Origin: Patescibacteria group bacterium
Lineage (GTDB): Bacteria; Patescibacteriota; Patescibacteriia; UBA9570; JAHJKD01
Length of the DNA stretch: 64,000 nucleotides
NCBI GenBank assembly: GCA_043798935.1
Contig: JAZDOC010000022.1
Coordinates: 15,299-79,298, forward strand
Reading direction: 5' to 3'
The translations under genes and the position numbers were made by a program. Position 1 is the stretch's first letter. Every line of letters starts with the position of its first letter. This document shows positions 55,137 to 64,000 of the stretch, in pieces. The notes under the pieces were generated by a model. That model saw nothing but the letters and a program-made list of their open reading frames with translations, had not been told where the DNA came from and did no database searches.

Positions 55137-56753
55137 ATGAACATGTGGCGCCGGATCATCCATAAACTTACATCTACAATTACTGGCGGGGCTATCATTA
55201 TTGGCCTGGCTTCAATCATCTCGCGTTTTATTGGTTTGGTCCGCGACAATTTATTTGCAAAATATTTCGGTGCTTCCGCCATTTTAGATGTTTATAATGC
55301 GGCTTTTAAAATTCCGGATTTAATTTTCAATATTTTGGTTTTAGGAGCGTTATCGGCTTCTTTCATTCCGGTTTTTTTAGAAGTGTGGGAAAAAGAAGAT
55401 AAAGCCAAAGCCTGGCGTGTGGCCAATTCAATTTTAAATTTATTATTAGTTGGCCTAACTGTTTTAGCCACTCTAGCATTCATCGCGGCGCCGGTTATTT
55501 CATCAAAAATATTGATGGCCGAAAGATCAGTTGAACAACAAGTGTTAACAGCTCAGTTTATGCGCATCATGTTGTTTAGCATTATATTTTTTGGAGCCAG
55601 TAATGTTTTTTCCGGTATTTTAAATTCATTTCGGCGTTTTTTAGCTTATTCTTTAGCGCCAATTTTTTATAATTTAGGAATCATAATCGGTATTATTTTT
55701 TTATCAGAAAAATTTGGCCCGATTGGCTTAGCGTATGGTGTTACATTAGGTGCGGGCATGCATTTTTTAATACAGATTCCGGCAGTAATCCGCGCCGGTT
55801 GGCGATATGAATTTGTTCTGGATTGGAAAAATAAAGGAGTAATGAAAATATTAAAATTAATGCCCCCGCGATCATTAGCACTAGGTATTGTTCAAATTAA
55901 TGCTTTTATTATTGCGGCTCTGGCATTGCGCTTACCCGAAGGTAGTTTAACGGTCTGGACATGGGCCGATAATTTACAAAATTTTCCCATTAATGTTTTT
56001 GGCGTTTCGCTAGCGCTCTCAGCCTTTCCGGTTTTTTCGCGCGCTTTTGCGGATAAACAATTTCACGAATTTACCGAATATTTTTCTTCCAGTTTTCGAA
56101 AAGTGTTGTTTTTCATAATTCCAATTTCAATTATCACCTTATTATTAAGAGCTCAAATCGTGCGCTTAATTCTTGGTTCTTTTGGTGGTGGTAAATTCGA
56201 TTGGGATGCAACCATTTTAACTGCTCAAACTTTGGGTTGTTTTTCAATATCCATGTTTGCTTCGGCCCTGATTCCTATTTTAGCGCGCTCGTTCTTTGCT
56301 CAGCAAGACACTAAAACACCGGTAATTATCAGTTCAATATCGGTAGTTATTAATGCAGTTTTGGCAGTAATTTTATCTAAATTTTACGGTATTTATGGCT
56401 TAGCCATGGCTTTTTCAATTTCCAGTTTGCTAGACATGCTGATGCTTCTGACGGCATTGCGCGTAAAAGTAGGCTATCTTGATGATAAGCGCATTATTAA
56501 TTCGGTTTATAAAATTATATTTGCCTCATTGATCATGGGAGTGGTAATTCATGGTGTTAAATATTTTGTGGCATCGCTAGTTGATATGCATACTTTCATG
56601 GGGATCTTTATTCAATCTACGGTTAGCGTTTCGGCTGGTGTGTTTATTTATTTACTAATTGCTATTTATTTTAAATTTGATGAAGTAAATATAGTTTGTG
56701 ATTGGTTGTTAAAAGCTAGAAAACAAATATTAAATGGTTATGGTCGCCAATAA
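55137..56753 (+). CDS. murJ: Lipid II flippase MurJ/MviN
   Basis: SRFIGLVRD, AFKIPD, GALSASFIP, RSFFAQQDTKTP; many TMs. Confidence 0.93.
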   Translation: MNMWRRIIHKLTSTITGGAIIIGLASIISRFIGLVRDNLFAKYFGASAILDVYNAAFKIPDLIFNILVLGALSASFIPVFLEVWEKEDKAKAWRVANSILNLLLVGLTVLATLAFIAAPVISSKILMAERSVEQQVLTAQFMRIMLFSIIFFGASNVFSGILNSFRRFLAYSLAPIFYNLGIIIGIIFLSEKFGPIGLAYGVTLGAGMHFLIQIPAVIRAGWRYEFVLDWKNKGVMKILKLMPPRSLALGIVQINAFIIAALALRLPEGSLTVWTWADNLQNFPINVFGVSLALSAFPVFSRAFADKQFHEFTEYFSSSFRKVLFFIIPISIITLLLRAQIVRLILGSFGGGKFDWDATILTAQTLGCFSISMFASALIPILARSFFAQQDTKTPVIISSISVVINAVLAVILSKFYGIYGLAMAFSISSLLDMLMLLTALRVKVGYLDDKRIINSVYKIIFASLIMGVVIHGVKYFVASLVDMHTFMGIFIQSTVSVSAGVFIYLLIAIYFKFDEVNIVCDWLLKARKQILNGYGRQ

Positions 56754-58302
56754 AAGAATTTGCTTAATCGTTTTAATATTAATTTTATTTTTTCTTTCTT
56801 CATTCACTTTCTCGCACTACTTATTTAATTGGGACGCTTCTCAATTTGCAATCGGATTGAAGACTTTTAACGTTTTCGAACACCAACCTCATCCACCCGG
56901 TTATCTGGCTTTTATTTTTGTGGGGAAAATATTTAATGTTTATTTTAATAATGCCAATTTTAGTTTAACTTTAATTAGTTTCATATTTTCTCTGTTAGCC
57001 TTAATTTATTTATTTTTATTAGTGAGTTTAACATTCCCGAAGCGAATTGATTTGGTATTTATTGCCGGTTGGGTGTTAATTACTAATCCTATTTTTTGGT
57101 TCTATCGGAGTCTAGCTCTTACTTATACGGTTGATATTTTTATCGGCGTTTATCTAGCCTGGAGCTATTACAAAACAAATAGTCATAATAATCGTATTTA
57201 TTTTACCAGCATCATTTTTGGTTTAGGGGCCGGCTTTCGGCCTACGCTTTTAGTTTTGCTCTTACCGTTATATTTAATGAATGTTTATCAGGCGCGCTTA
57301 AATTTTAAAAGACAATTAATTAATCTGATATATTTAATAATATCTGTATTAGGCTGGCTTCTGCCACTTATAATTTTAAGTGGGGGATTATTTGATTATT
57401 TTCAAATTGTTAAGAATTTATTTGGTGCTTCATCTGCTTCTACATCTAATTTATTCAAGCAAATCAAAACCGTGGCCGGCGTTTCGACCGTCGCTATTAA
57501 TTTTTTAATTGTCCCGCTTCTAGTTAGCTTGGTAATTTTTATAAAAAAACAAACTTACAAAAAAATATTTAAACATCACAATTTTTGGTTATTTTTAATT
57601 TGGTCTATGCCGGCTGTTATGGTGTATGTATTTATTCATTTTGGTCAGCCGGGGTACATATTAATTTTTTTACCGGTTTTGATTATTTTAAGCTTATACG
57701 GTTTTGATTATTTATTGCAAAAAAAGTTTTATTTTATCTGCTCATTGCTTGTGGTCCTACCAGTTTCTATTTTTTTATTATTACCCAGTAGCGAATTTTC
57801 ATTTGTAAACGATTTGTTTAGAAAAGTAGATCCATGGTTTTTGCGTTTTAATTATCAGGAAATTAAAAGCAACGATACGACGATTAAACAACTAATATCC
57901 GATATTCAGAAAGAAGACGGTAATAAATTAATTATTGCTACCAGGAATTTACATTATTATGACGGTGGTAAATTTACAAAAATTAATCCAAATTATTTTC
58001 GTCAGATTATGTATTATCTACCCGAAATACAACAAAACAATATCATCGAAATTGCGTTAAATAGAAAATTCTCTATTCAAGGCAAATACGAAAATAATAA
58101 TTACTATACTATTATTAATGATGGAAAAATTATTACAGTAGATTCCAAAATAAATAAAATTATTATTCTGGCCAATAAGTTAGAAGATCATGACTTGCCT
58201 TCTGTTAACAATTTAATATCAAAACAAAACTACTTTACAAGCGATATAAGCCAATGTAATGAATTTAAATTTTTAGATTTTACTTTTAAAAAAGTAAAAT
58301 AA
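56734..58302 (+). CDS. Multi-TM GT-C-like glycosyltransferase (DUF2723/PMT-like)
   Basis: WDASQF...HQPHPPGY, GFRP; about 11 TMs plus soluble C-terminal domain. Confidence 0.65.
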   Translation: MVMVANKRICLIVLILILFFLSSFTFSHYLFNWDASQFAIGLKTFNVFEHQPHPPGYLAFIFVGKIFNVYFNNANFSLTLISFIFSLLALIYLFLLVSLTFPKRIDLVFIAGWVLITNPIFWFYRSLALTYTVDIFIGVYLAWSYYKTNSHNNRIYFTSIIFGLGAGFRPTLLVLLLPLYLMNVYQARLNFKRQLINLIYLIISVLGWLLPLIILSGGLFDYFQIVKNLFGASSASTSNLFKQIKTVAGVSTVAINFLIVPLLVSLVIFIKKQTYKKIFKHHNFWLFLIWSMPAVMVYVFIHFGQPGYILIFLPVLIILSLYGFDYLLQKKFYFICSLLVVLPVSIFLLLPSSEFSFVNDLFRKVDPWFLRFNYQEIKSNDTTIKQLISDIQKEDGNKLIIATRNLHYYDGGKFTKINPNYFRQIMYYLPEIQQNNIIEIALNRKFSIQGKYENNNYYTIINDGKIITVDSKINKIIILANKLEDHDLPSVNNLISKQNYFTSDISQCNEFKFLDFTFKKVK

Positions 58303-58305
58303 TAT

Positions 58306-58665
58306 TTAGAAATTAAGTTTATCAGCTAAATCGCTAATCAGAGGCATTCTTTTTTCGGTTCCGCTAAGCGCGTTTAACCAACTCATTAACCAGACGATCA
58401 TTAAAGCAATATTTAAACAAATTGAAATTAACCAACCTAAAAGAGGAATTATATTTAATACTTGGCACACTACCCAAACAGCTACCCAAATAATAAATAT
58501 GGCTAAACTTTGTTTGGCATAAAACATAACATATTTATTTTCTTTCCATAAAGACATGGCAATTGCAAAACCGATAATACTTAAAAACGTAGTAAGAAAA
58601 GCATTTGTTTTTTCATCGCTAGGTTTAACTGGTTGGCTTGAATTAGAATTTTGATGTTCATTCAT
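58306..58665 (-). CDS. DUF4870-like small membrane protein
   Basis: FYAKQS, IPLLGW, NALSGTEKRMPLI. Confidence 0.7.
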   Translation of the reverse strand: MNEHQNSNSSQPVKPSDEKTNAFLTTFLSIIGFAIAMSLWKENKYVMFYAKQSLAIFIIWVAVWVVCQVLNIIPLLGWLISICLNIALMIVWLMSWLNALSGTEKRMPLISDLADKLNF

Positions 58666-58749
58666 AATTTTTGTTTGCGTTAATAAATAATATTTAGTTT
58701 ATCAATAATAAGTTAATTTTGCAATAATCACTGGCTAAATAGTGTGTTT

Positions 58750-59325
58750 TTATTTTCGCACCAGATACATGCTTCCGTGACCCGGAATAATATAATCAGC
58801 AATTTTTAGAATTTCTTGGCGGCTTTTTTCCAGCTGTTTTTGATTTTCGGCAAACTGGTCTATAACCGGTAAATTTTCTTTCCAAAAAACATCTCCGCAA
58901 ATTACAATTTTTAAAGCAATACTTCCTAGTTGATCACCAATTTCTGAATTAACCACTAAACTTAAACCATCTCGGCTGTGCCCTGGTGTTTTAATAATTT
59001 TAATGTCATTAGTAAAATTATCTTTATAATTTTCGCATTTGTCTTTATTCCAAATTCCCCAATAGTCTATAATTTTCGCATTTGTAAATAGACCCACATA
59101 TTTATAATGGTCGGTGTGAGCGTGGGTGATAAAAACGTAGTTAATATCAGTTAATTCTAAATCTTCCTCGTTTAATTTAGCGATTAAAATATTAGGGTCA
59201 ACCAATGTGCCTGGATCAACAATCATGTTTAGATTTTCACTTTGGACTAAACTGATTGTAGAACAAGATCCGCCATTACCTTCAGACGAGGTATAGCCCG
59301 GAATTAATACTTTTACTTTTGTCAT
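58750..59325 (-). CDS. Metallo-beta-lactamase-fold hydrolase
   Basis: VDPG, THAHTDH, TPGHS, GD, PGHG. Confidence 0.85.
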   Translation of the reverse strand: MTKVKVLIPGYTSSEGNGGSCSTISLVQSENLNMIVDPGTLVDPNILIAKLNEEDLELTDINYVFITHAHTDHYKYVGLFTNAKIIDYWGIWNKDKCENYKDNFTNDIKIIKTPGHSRDGLSLVVNSEIGDQLGSIALKIVICGDVFWKENLPVIDQFAENQKQLEKSRQEILKIADYIIPGHGSMYLVRK

Positions 59326-59428
59326 GCGGGTATTTTAGCATTTTTGTAAAAATCTTGCTAATAATTAAATCTTTATAATCTGGCTCAACCATTGATTATT
59401 TAACAAAAATAAGCTATCTTAATAGCGT

Positions 59429-61210
59429 ATGAATTTAGAAAAAATCAGGAATTTCTGCATTATCGCACATATCGATCATGGTAAATCCACTCTAGCGGAT
59501 CGTTTTTTGGAAATTACCAAAACGGTCGAAAAGCGAAAAATGAAAGAACAACTTCTGGATCAAATGGATTTAGAAAGAGAAAGGGGAATCACCATCAAGC
59601 TTCAACCCGTGCGCATGGATTACAAAGGCTATATTTTAAATTTAATTGACACGCCCGGGCATGTTGATTTCACCTATGAAGTATCACGATCACTAGCTTG
59701 TTGCGAAGGGGCGATTTTAGTGGTTGATGCCACGCAGGGAATTGAAGCGCAGACTTTAGCAAATTTATATTTAGCCATTGATCAGAACTTAGAGATTATT
59801 CCCATTATTAATAAAATAGATTTACCGGCTGCCGATATCGAAAAAGTGTCCAAAGAAATAATGAATTTAATCGGCTGTAAGCGTGAAGAAATAATTGCCG
59901 TTTCAGCGAAAACCGGTGCCAATGTTCCGGCAATCTTAGACCGAGTTATTGAGCGTGTTCAACCACCCAAGGAGAGAGAGCAAAAAACGCGAGCTTTAAT
60001 TTTTGATTCGGTTTTTGATGATTACCGCGGAGTAATTGCTTATATTCGAGTATTCGACGGTGAAATAAAGCGTGGTGACCAACTCCGCTTAATGTCTAAT
60101 TATGCATTATCCGAAGCTTTAGAAGTTGGTGTTTTTAAACCCAGTCTTATAAAAAAAGATGTTTTACAAGCTGGCGAGATTGGCTATGTCGTTACTGGTT
60201 TTAAAGAAGTAGAGGAGTGTCGGGTTGGTGATACTGTCACTTTACACAAACAACCGGCTGAAAAAATGCTAGCCGGATACAAACAAGTGAAACCAATGGT
60301 TTATGCTGGTATATTCTGTAAAGAAGGTAATGATTACCCTAAGCTTCGTGATGCCATATCAAAATTAAAATTAAACGATGCCGCTTTAAGCTATGAACCA
60401 GAAAATTCCAAAGCTTTGGGTTTTGGTTTTCGCTGCGGATTTTTAGGTTTACTTCATCTAGATGTAATGCAAGAAAGATTAACGCGCGAATACAATCTAG
60501 ATTTAATTGTCACGGTTCCATCGGTAGCATACAAATTATATTATCGCGATGGTCAGGAAAAGATAATTTCCTCGCCAGTCGAGATGCCGGATCCCACCTA
60601 CATCGATCATATAGAAGAGCCGCTTATGAAGATAGACATTGTTACTCCGGCTGAATATATCGGCAATATCATGTGCTTACTGCAGGAAAAACGCGGACAG
60701 CCCACCGATTCGCAGATGGAATATTTAAATTCAGAAAGAGTAGTTATTCATTACGAGGTTCCGCTGGCCGGAATAGTTGTGGATTTTTACGATAAACTTA
60801 AAAATGTTTCTTCAGGCTATGCTTCTTTAAATTACGAATTTTCCGGATATCAAAGAGCTAAAGTAAGACGCATGGATATATTAGTCGCCGGCGATATGGT
60901 TGAAGCGTTGTCTTCTATTGTTTATGAAGATGAAGCTATTCGCGCCGGGCGCAAAATAGTAGAAGCTTTAAAAAAAGTATTGCCTCGGCAAATGTTTGAA
61001 GTTCGCTTGCAGGCCGCTTTATCGGGCAAGATAGTTTCATCAGCCAACATTCCAGCCATGCGAAAAGACGTGACCGCTAAGCTTTATGGCGGAGACGTTA
61101 CTCGTAAACGCAAGCTTTTAGAAAAACAAAAAAAAGGCAAACGCAAAATGAAATCCATGGGTAAAGTTGATATTCCGCAAGAGGCTTTCTTGGCAGTGTT
61201 AAAGAGATAG
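59429..61210 (+). CDS. lepA: Translation elongation factor 4
   Basis: IRNFCIIAHIDHGKSTLADR, DTPGHVDF, GFRCGFLGLLH, YGGDVTRKRKLL. Confidence 0.98.
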   Translation: MNLEKIRNFCIIAHIDHGKSTLADRFLEITKTVEKRKMKEQLLDQMDLERERGITIKLQPVRMDYKGYILNLIDTPGHVDFTYEVSRSLACCEGAILVVDATQGIEAQTLANLYLAIDQNLEIIPIINKIDLPAADIEKVSKEIMNLIGCKREEIIAVSAKTGANVPAILDRVIERVQPPKEREQKTRALIFDSVFDDYRGVIAYIRVFDGEIKRGDQLRLMSNYALSEALEVGVFKPSLIKKDVLQAGEIGYVVTGFKEVEECRVGDTVTLHKQPAEKMLAGYKQVKPMVYAGIFCKEGNDYPKLRDAISKLKLNDAALSYEPENSKALGFGFRCGFLGLLHLDVMQERLTREYNLDLIVTVPSVAYKLYYRDGQEKIISSPVEMPDPTYIDHIEEPLMKIDIVTPAEYIGNIMCLLQEKRGQPTDSQMEYLNSERVVIHYEVPLAGIVVDFYDKLKNVSSGYASLNYEFSGYQRAKVRRMDILVAGDMVEALSSIVYEDEAIRAGRKIVEALKKVLPRQMFEVRLQAALSGKIVSSANIPAMRKDVTAKLYGGDVTRKRKLLEKQKKGKRKMKSMGKVDIPQEAFLAVLKR

Positions 61211-61239
61211 AAACACGAAAAATCGAAATGAACGAAATT

Positions 61240-61264
61240 ACGCGAAATTTTTTCGCGTTTTTTT
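61240..61264 (+). terminator. lepA terminator nested in a larger inverted repeat
   Basis: acgcgaaa-ttt-tttcgcgt + T run; outer gaaacacgaa/ttcgtgtttc arms at ~61212-61288. Confidence 0.6.
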
Positions 61265-61306
61265 AATATTTTCTATCCTTCGTGTTTCTCTTTTCCACCT
61301 CTACTC

Positions 61307-61335
61307 TTGACAAGAGAGTTTTTTGGGTGTATTGT
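61307..61335 (+). promoter_or_regulatory. Sigma-70-type promoter
   Basis: TTGACA-17 nt-TATTGT. Confidence 0.6.
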
Positions 61336-61341
61336 TATCTG

Positions 61342-61472
61342 TTTCGTACATTACAACTTGCCGAATTTTTCCCAATTGAGAGGGCACTAGAGATTTTTCT
61401 CTGGGTCCTCTGATTAGGAAAAGCACAGCAAAACACATGTTTTTAAAGAGTTGGCTAGCCAACTCTTTTTTT
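61342..61472 (+). ncRNA. Putative ~130-nt small RNA
   Basis: Promoter upstream, rod-like hairpin 61358-61431, terminator 61445-61472. Confidence 0.55.
61445..61472 (+). terminator. Intrinsic terminator
   Basis: Perfect 24-bp palindrome aaagagttggctagccaactcttt + T run. Confidence 0.75.
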
Positions 61473-61486
61473 GTTATAATAAGCCC

Positions 61487-62659
61487 ATGTCTGTTTCAAG
61501 AACATTTAAACGAACAACATCGGTGGCTAAAAAAAATCAGTCACGATCTTTTTTAAATTTTCACGAACCTTCTTATGTCTTAATTGTTATATTAGGCTTA
61601 CTTTTAGTAATCGGTTTAATTATGCTTACTTCAGCATCATCGGTTATGGGTTATCAGAAATGGGCTGATAGCTATTATTATATTAAGCATCAATTTTTTT
61701 ATGGTATTATTTTTGGGCTGGTTATGCTATATATCATGTCGCAGATAGATTACCGCATCTGGAAAAAGTTAGCATTCCCCATGGTTATAGTAACTGTTTT
61801 ACTACTTTTTTTAGTATTAGTTCCGGGCATTGGTTATGAATATTTAGGAGCCAAAAGATGGATTAGTATTTTCGGTTTTCAATTTCAGCCTTCTGAACTC
61901 GTAAAATTAACTTTTTTAATTTATCTGGCTGTTTGGTTGGAAAATAGATCAAAAAAAATGGAAGATATTTCTTCCAGTTTTATTCCTTTTTTAATCATGA
62001 TTGGTTTTTTAGTTTTTATGATTGCCGGAATTCAAAAAGATTTAGGTACCATGATCGTAATTGGTGTAATTTCCATTACAGTGTACTTTGTAGCTGGCGC
62101 GCCATGGAAACATTTAGCTTGGATGGGTATGGGTGGTAGCGCTCTCTTTTTATTGCTGGTTAAAATTGCACCATATCGTGCCGCTCGTTTAATGGTTTTT
62201 TTAAATCCGGAATTAGATCCCCAAGGCATTGGTTACCATATCAATCAGGCACTTTTAGCTTTTGGCTCTGGCGGATTATTTGGTTTGGGGCTCGGGCACT
62301 CACGGCAAAAATATAATTATCTTCCCGAAGCGGCGGGCGATTCTATTTTTGCTGTAATTGGCGAAGAGCTGGGTTTTCTTTTCACGGCTGCACTAGTTAT
62401 TTTATACCTGGCTTTATTTCTACAAAGTATGAAAATTGCTCGCCAAGCATCAGACTCTTTTGGGCGCTTGGTTGCAATTGGTATTATTACTTGGATAACT
62501 TTTCAAGCCATGGTAAATATGGGCGCCATGCTTTCGATCATGCCTTTAACTGGTATTCCACTACCGTTTATAAGTTACGGTAGTACTTCGCTTGTAATGA
62601 ACCTGATGGCCATGGGTCTTTTAATTAGCATATCCAAACAAACTAAAACAAATTTATGA
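61487..62659 (+). CDS. ftsW: SEDS peptidoglycan polymerase FtsW
   Basis: SAS, GAKRWI, FQPSELVK, QKDLG, GYHINQ, LPEAAGDSIFAVIGEELG, TGIPLPFISYG; upstream of murG. Confidence 0.94.
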   Translation: MSVSRTFKRTTSVAKKNQSRSFLNFHEPSYVLIVILGLLLVIGLIMLTSASSVMGYQKWADSYYYIKHQFFYGIIFGLVMLYIMSQIDYRIWKKLAFPMVIVTVLLLFLVLVPGIGYEYLGAKRWISIFGFQFQPSELVKLTFLIYLAVWLENRSKKMEDISSSFIPFLIMIGFLVFMIAGIQKDLGTMIVIGVISITVYFVAGAPWKHLAWMGMGGSALFLLLVKIAPYRAARLMVFLNPELDPQGIGYHINQALLAFGSGGLFGLGLGHSRQKYNYLPEAAGDSIFAVIGEELGFLFTAALVILYLALFLQSMKIARQASDSFGRLVAIGIITWITFQAMVNMGAMLSIMPLTGIPLPFISYGSTSLVMNLMAMGLLISISKQTKTNL

Positions 62660-63669
62660 AAATAATATTATCGGGTGGGGGCACCATGGGATCAGTCACT
62701 CCGCTTATCGCCATTAGTGAACAAATGCCGGAAGCTGAAATATTATTTGTCGGTACTAAAAATGGTCCGGAAAAAGAAATAATTGAAGTAAAAAAAATCA
62801 AATTCATTGTTATTTCATCAGCTAAATTTAGACGCTATTTTTCTGGGCAAAATTTTATTGATTTATTAAAAATAATAATAATTTGTTGGCAAAGTTTTTG
62901 GTTGCTTTATAAAGAAAAACCGCAAGTTATTGTTAGCGCCGGTGGGTATGTTGCCGTGCCTTTAATATGGATGGGTTGGCTACTTCGAATACCTTCTTTA
63001 GTCCACTCGCAAGATATAAAAACTGGTTTAGCTATTAAATTAGTGCGCCCGTTTGCTACTAAAATTACTAAAGCTTTTTCCGATACGGATTTAAATGCCG
63101 AAGTGGTAGGCAATCCGGTGCGTAATTTAGAAATCACCACAAATATTTTTAAATTAAAACAAGATAAGCCAGTAGTTTTAATTACTGGTGGCGGTACAGG
63201 CGCTGGCGGGATAAACAATTTAATTTCTAAAGAATTATTTGAAATAGCGCAAATTATTCACTTAACCGGCAAGGCCAAAAACAATAATTCACTTTCTCAT
63301 AGCGATTATCATGTATTTGAATTTTTAAATGAAGCCATGATCGAGGCTTTACAAAAAGCCGATATTATAATAACGCGCGCTGGCCTGGGCACTTTAACTG
63401 AATTAGCAATGCTGGAAAAACCGATTATTATCATTCCGATTTCTAATTCTCATCAAGAAGATAATGCAGAATATTTCAAAAAACATCAAGCCGCAATAGT
63501 TTTATCAGAAGTCAATCTGACTGCAGATAAATTAAATTCAGTTATTAAAAATTTATTGAACAACAAATCTCAACAAACCGAACTAAGTTCTAACATTAAA
63601 ACATTAATCAAGCCTCATGCCAGCGAAACCCTCGCCACCATTATTAAACAGCTCGCAAACCGCACATAA
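62656..63669 (+). CDS. murG: UDP-GlcNAc:lipid I N-acetylglucosaminyltransferase
   Basis: GGGTMGSVTP, GGYVAVP, GNPVR, GGGTGA, TRAG, HQEDNA. Confidence 0.92.
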   Translation: MKIILSGGGTMGSVTPLIAISEQMPEAEILFVGTKNGPEKEIIEVKKIKFIVISSAKFRRYFSGQNFIDLLKIIIICWQSFWLLYKEKPQVIVSAGGYVAVPLIWMGWLLRIPSLVHSQDIKTGLAIKLVRPFATKITKAFSDTDLNAEVVGNPVRNLEITTNIFKLKQDKPVVLITGGGTGAGGINNLISKELFEIAQIIHLTGKAKNNNSLSHSDYHVFEFLNEAMIEALQKADIIITRAGLGTLTELAMLEKPIIIIPISNSHQEDNAEYFKKHQAAIVLSEVNLTADKLNSVIKNLLNNKSQQTELSSNIKTLIKPHASETLATIIKQLANRT

Positions 63670-64000
63670 TTTTCTATTAAAGTTAAAACCTCAAGCATAT
63701 AGCACTGCCAGAATTCAAGCTTTTTTAAGTTATTTAAATAATCCACAAGATAAATTTAAAGTTGTTCATGTGGCTGGTACATCAGGCAAGGGTTCGACCT
63801 GCCAGATGATTGCCAGTATTTTAAAACAAGCCGGATATAAAACTGGTTTAACCATATCGCCGTACTTAATTGACCCGCTTGAAAAAATTCAAATTAATAA
63901 TCGTCAAATTTCGGAAAAATTTTTTATTAATCTTGTTAATAAATATAAATTTTTAATTGTTAAATTTAACCTTACTTACTTTGAAGCTTTTATAGCTCTT
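63617..64000 (+). CDS. folC: Folylpolyglutamate synthase/dihydrofolate synthase, 3'-truncated by window edge
   Basis: Not in ORF track; frame from ATG 63617 reads ...LNNPQDKFKVVHVAGTSGKGST...GYKTGLTISPYL...EKIQIN...TYFE. Confidence 0.88.
   Translation, partial: MPAKPSPPLLNSSQTAHNFLLKLKPQAYSTARIQAFLSYLNNPQDKFKVVHVAGTSGKGSTCQMIASILKQAGYKTGLTISPYLIDPLEKIQINNRQISEKFFINLVNKYKFLIVKFNLTYFEAFIAL

Noticed and set aside
47352-58302. Glycosyltransferase-DUF4012-murJ cluster as a novel system
   Set aside because: Ordinary surface-glycan/cell-envelope cluster with no anomaly visible in the sequence.

Overview
AT-rich bacterial chromosome segment. Gene content and style point to a Patescibacteria/CPR (Parcubacteria/ABY1-like) organism using genetic code 11; this is an inference from the tandem gpmI, fused ADP-forming acetate-CoA ligase, DUF4012-murJ glycosylation cluster and few Shine-Dalgarno sites. 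Core genes: ftsI-like PBP, murF, ssb, pgk, eno, acd, 2x gpmI, pfkB-family kinase, ribD, ribBA, nnrD, prs, recJ, rnhA, RNase P RNA, surface-glycan cluster, murJ, lepA, ftsW, murG, folC (partial). The 2-28 kb region is accessory and is divided up by a dispersed palindromic repeat family. It holds (i) an ECF sigma/anti-sigma pair whose sigma has an in-frame stop; (ii) a complete hisGDC(NB)HAF(IE) operon with an unannotated His5 leader peptide and a classical attenuator, bracketed by inverted repeats; (iii) a single ~60% GC CHAP + FG-GAP gene with structured flanks; (iv) the best candidate for a new system, a very AT-rich cassette of Rossmann oxidoreductase + PaaK-like adenylate-forming ligase + Rv1355c-like ThiF enzyme + the 7TM sensor half of a histidine kinase, joined to a compositionally different kinase core and preceded by a ~230-nt structured RNA. 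This looks like a swappable signal-synthase/receptor cassette. Also found: a duplicated small-helical-protein/acidic-protein module and a promoter- and terminator-bounded ~130-nt sRNA candidate between lepA and ftsW. GC values quoted are hand counts on 60-nt lines; no database searches were run.
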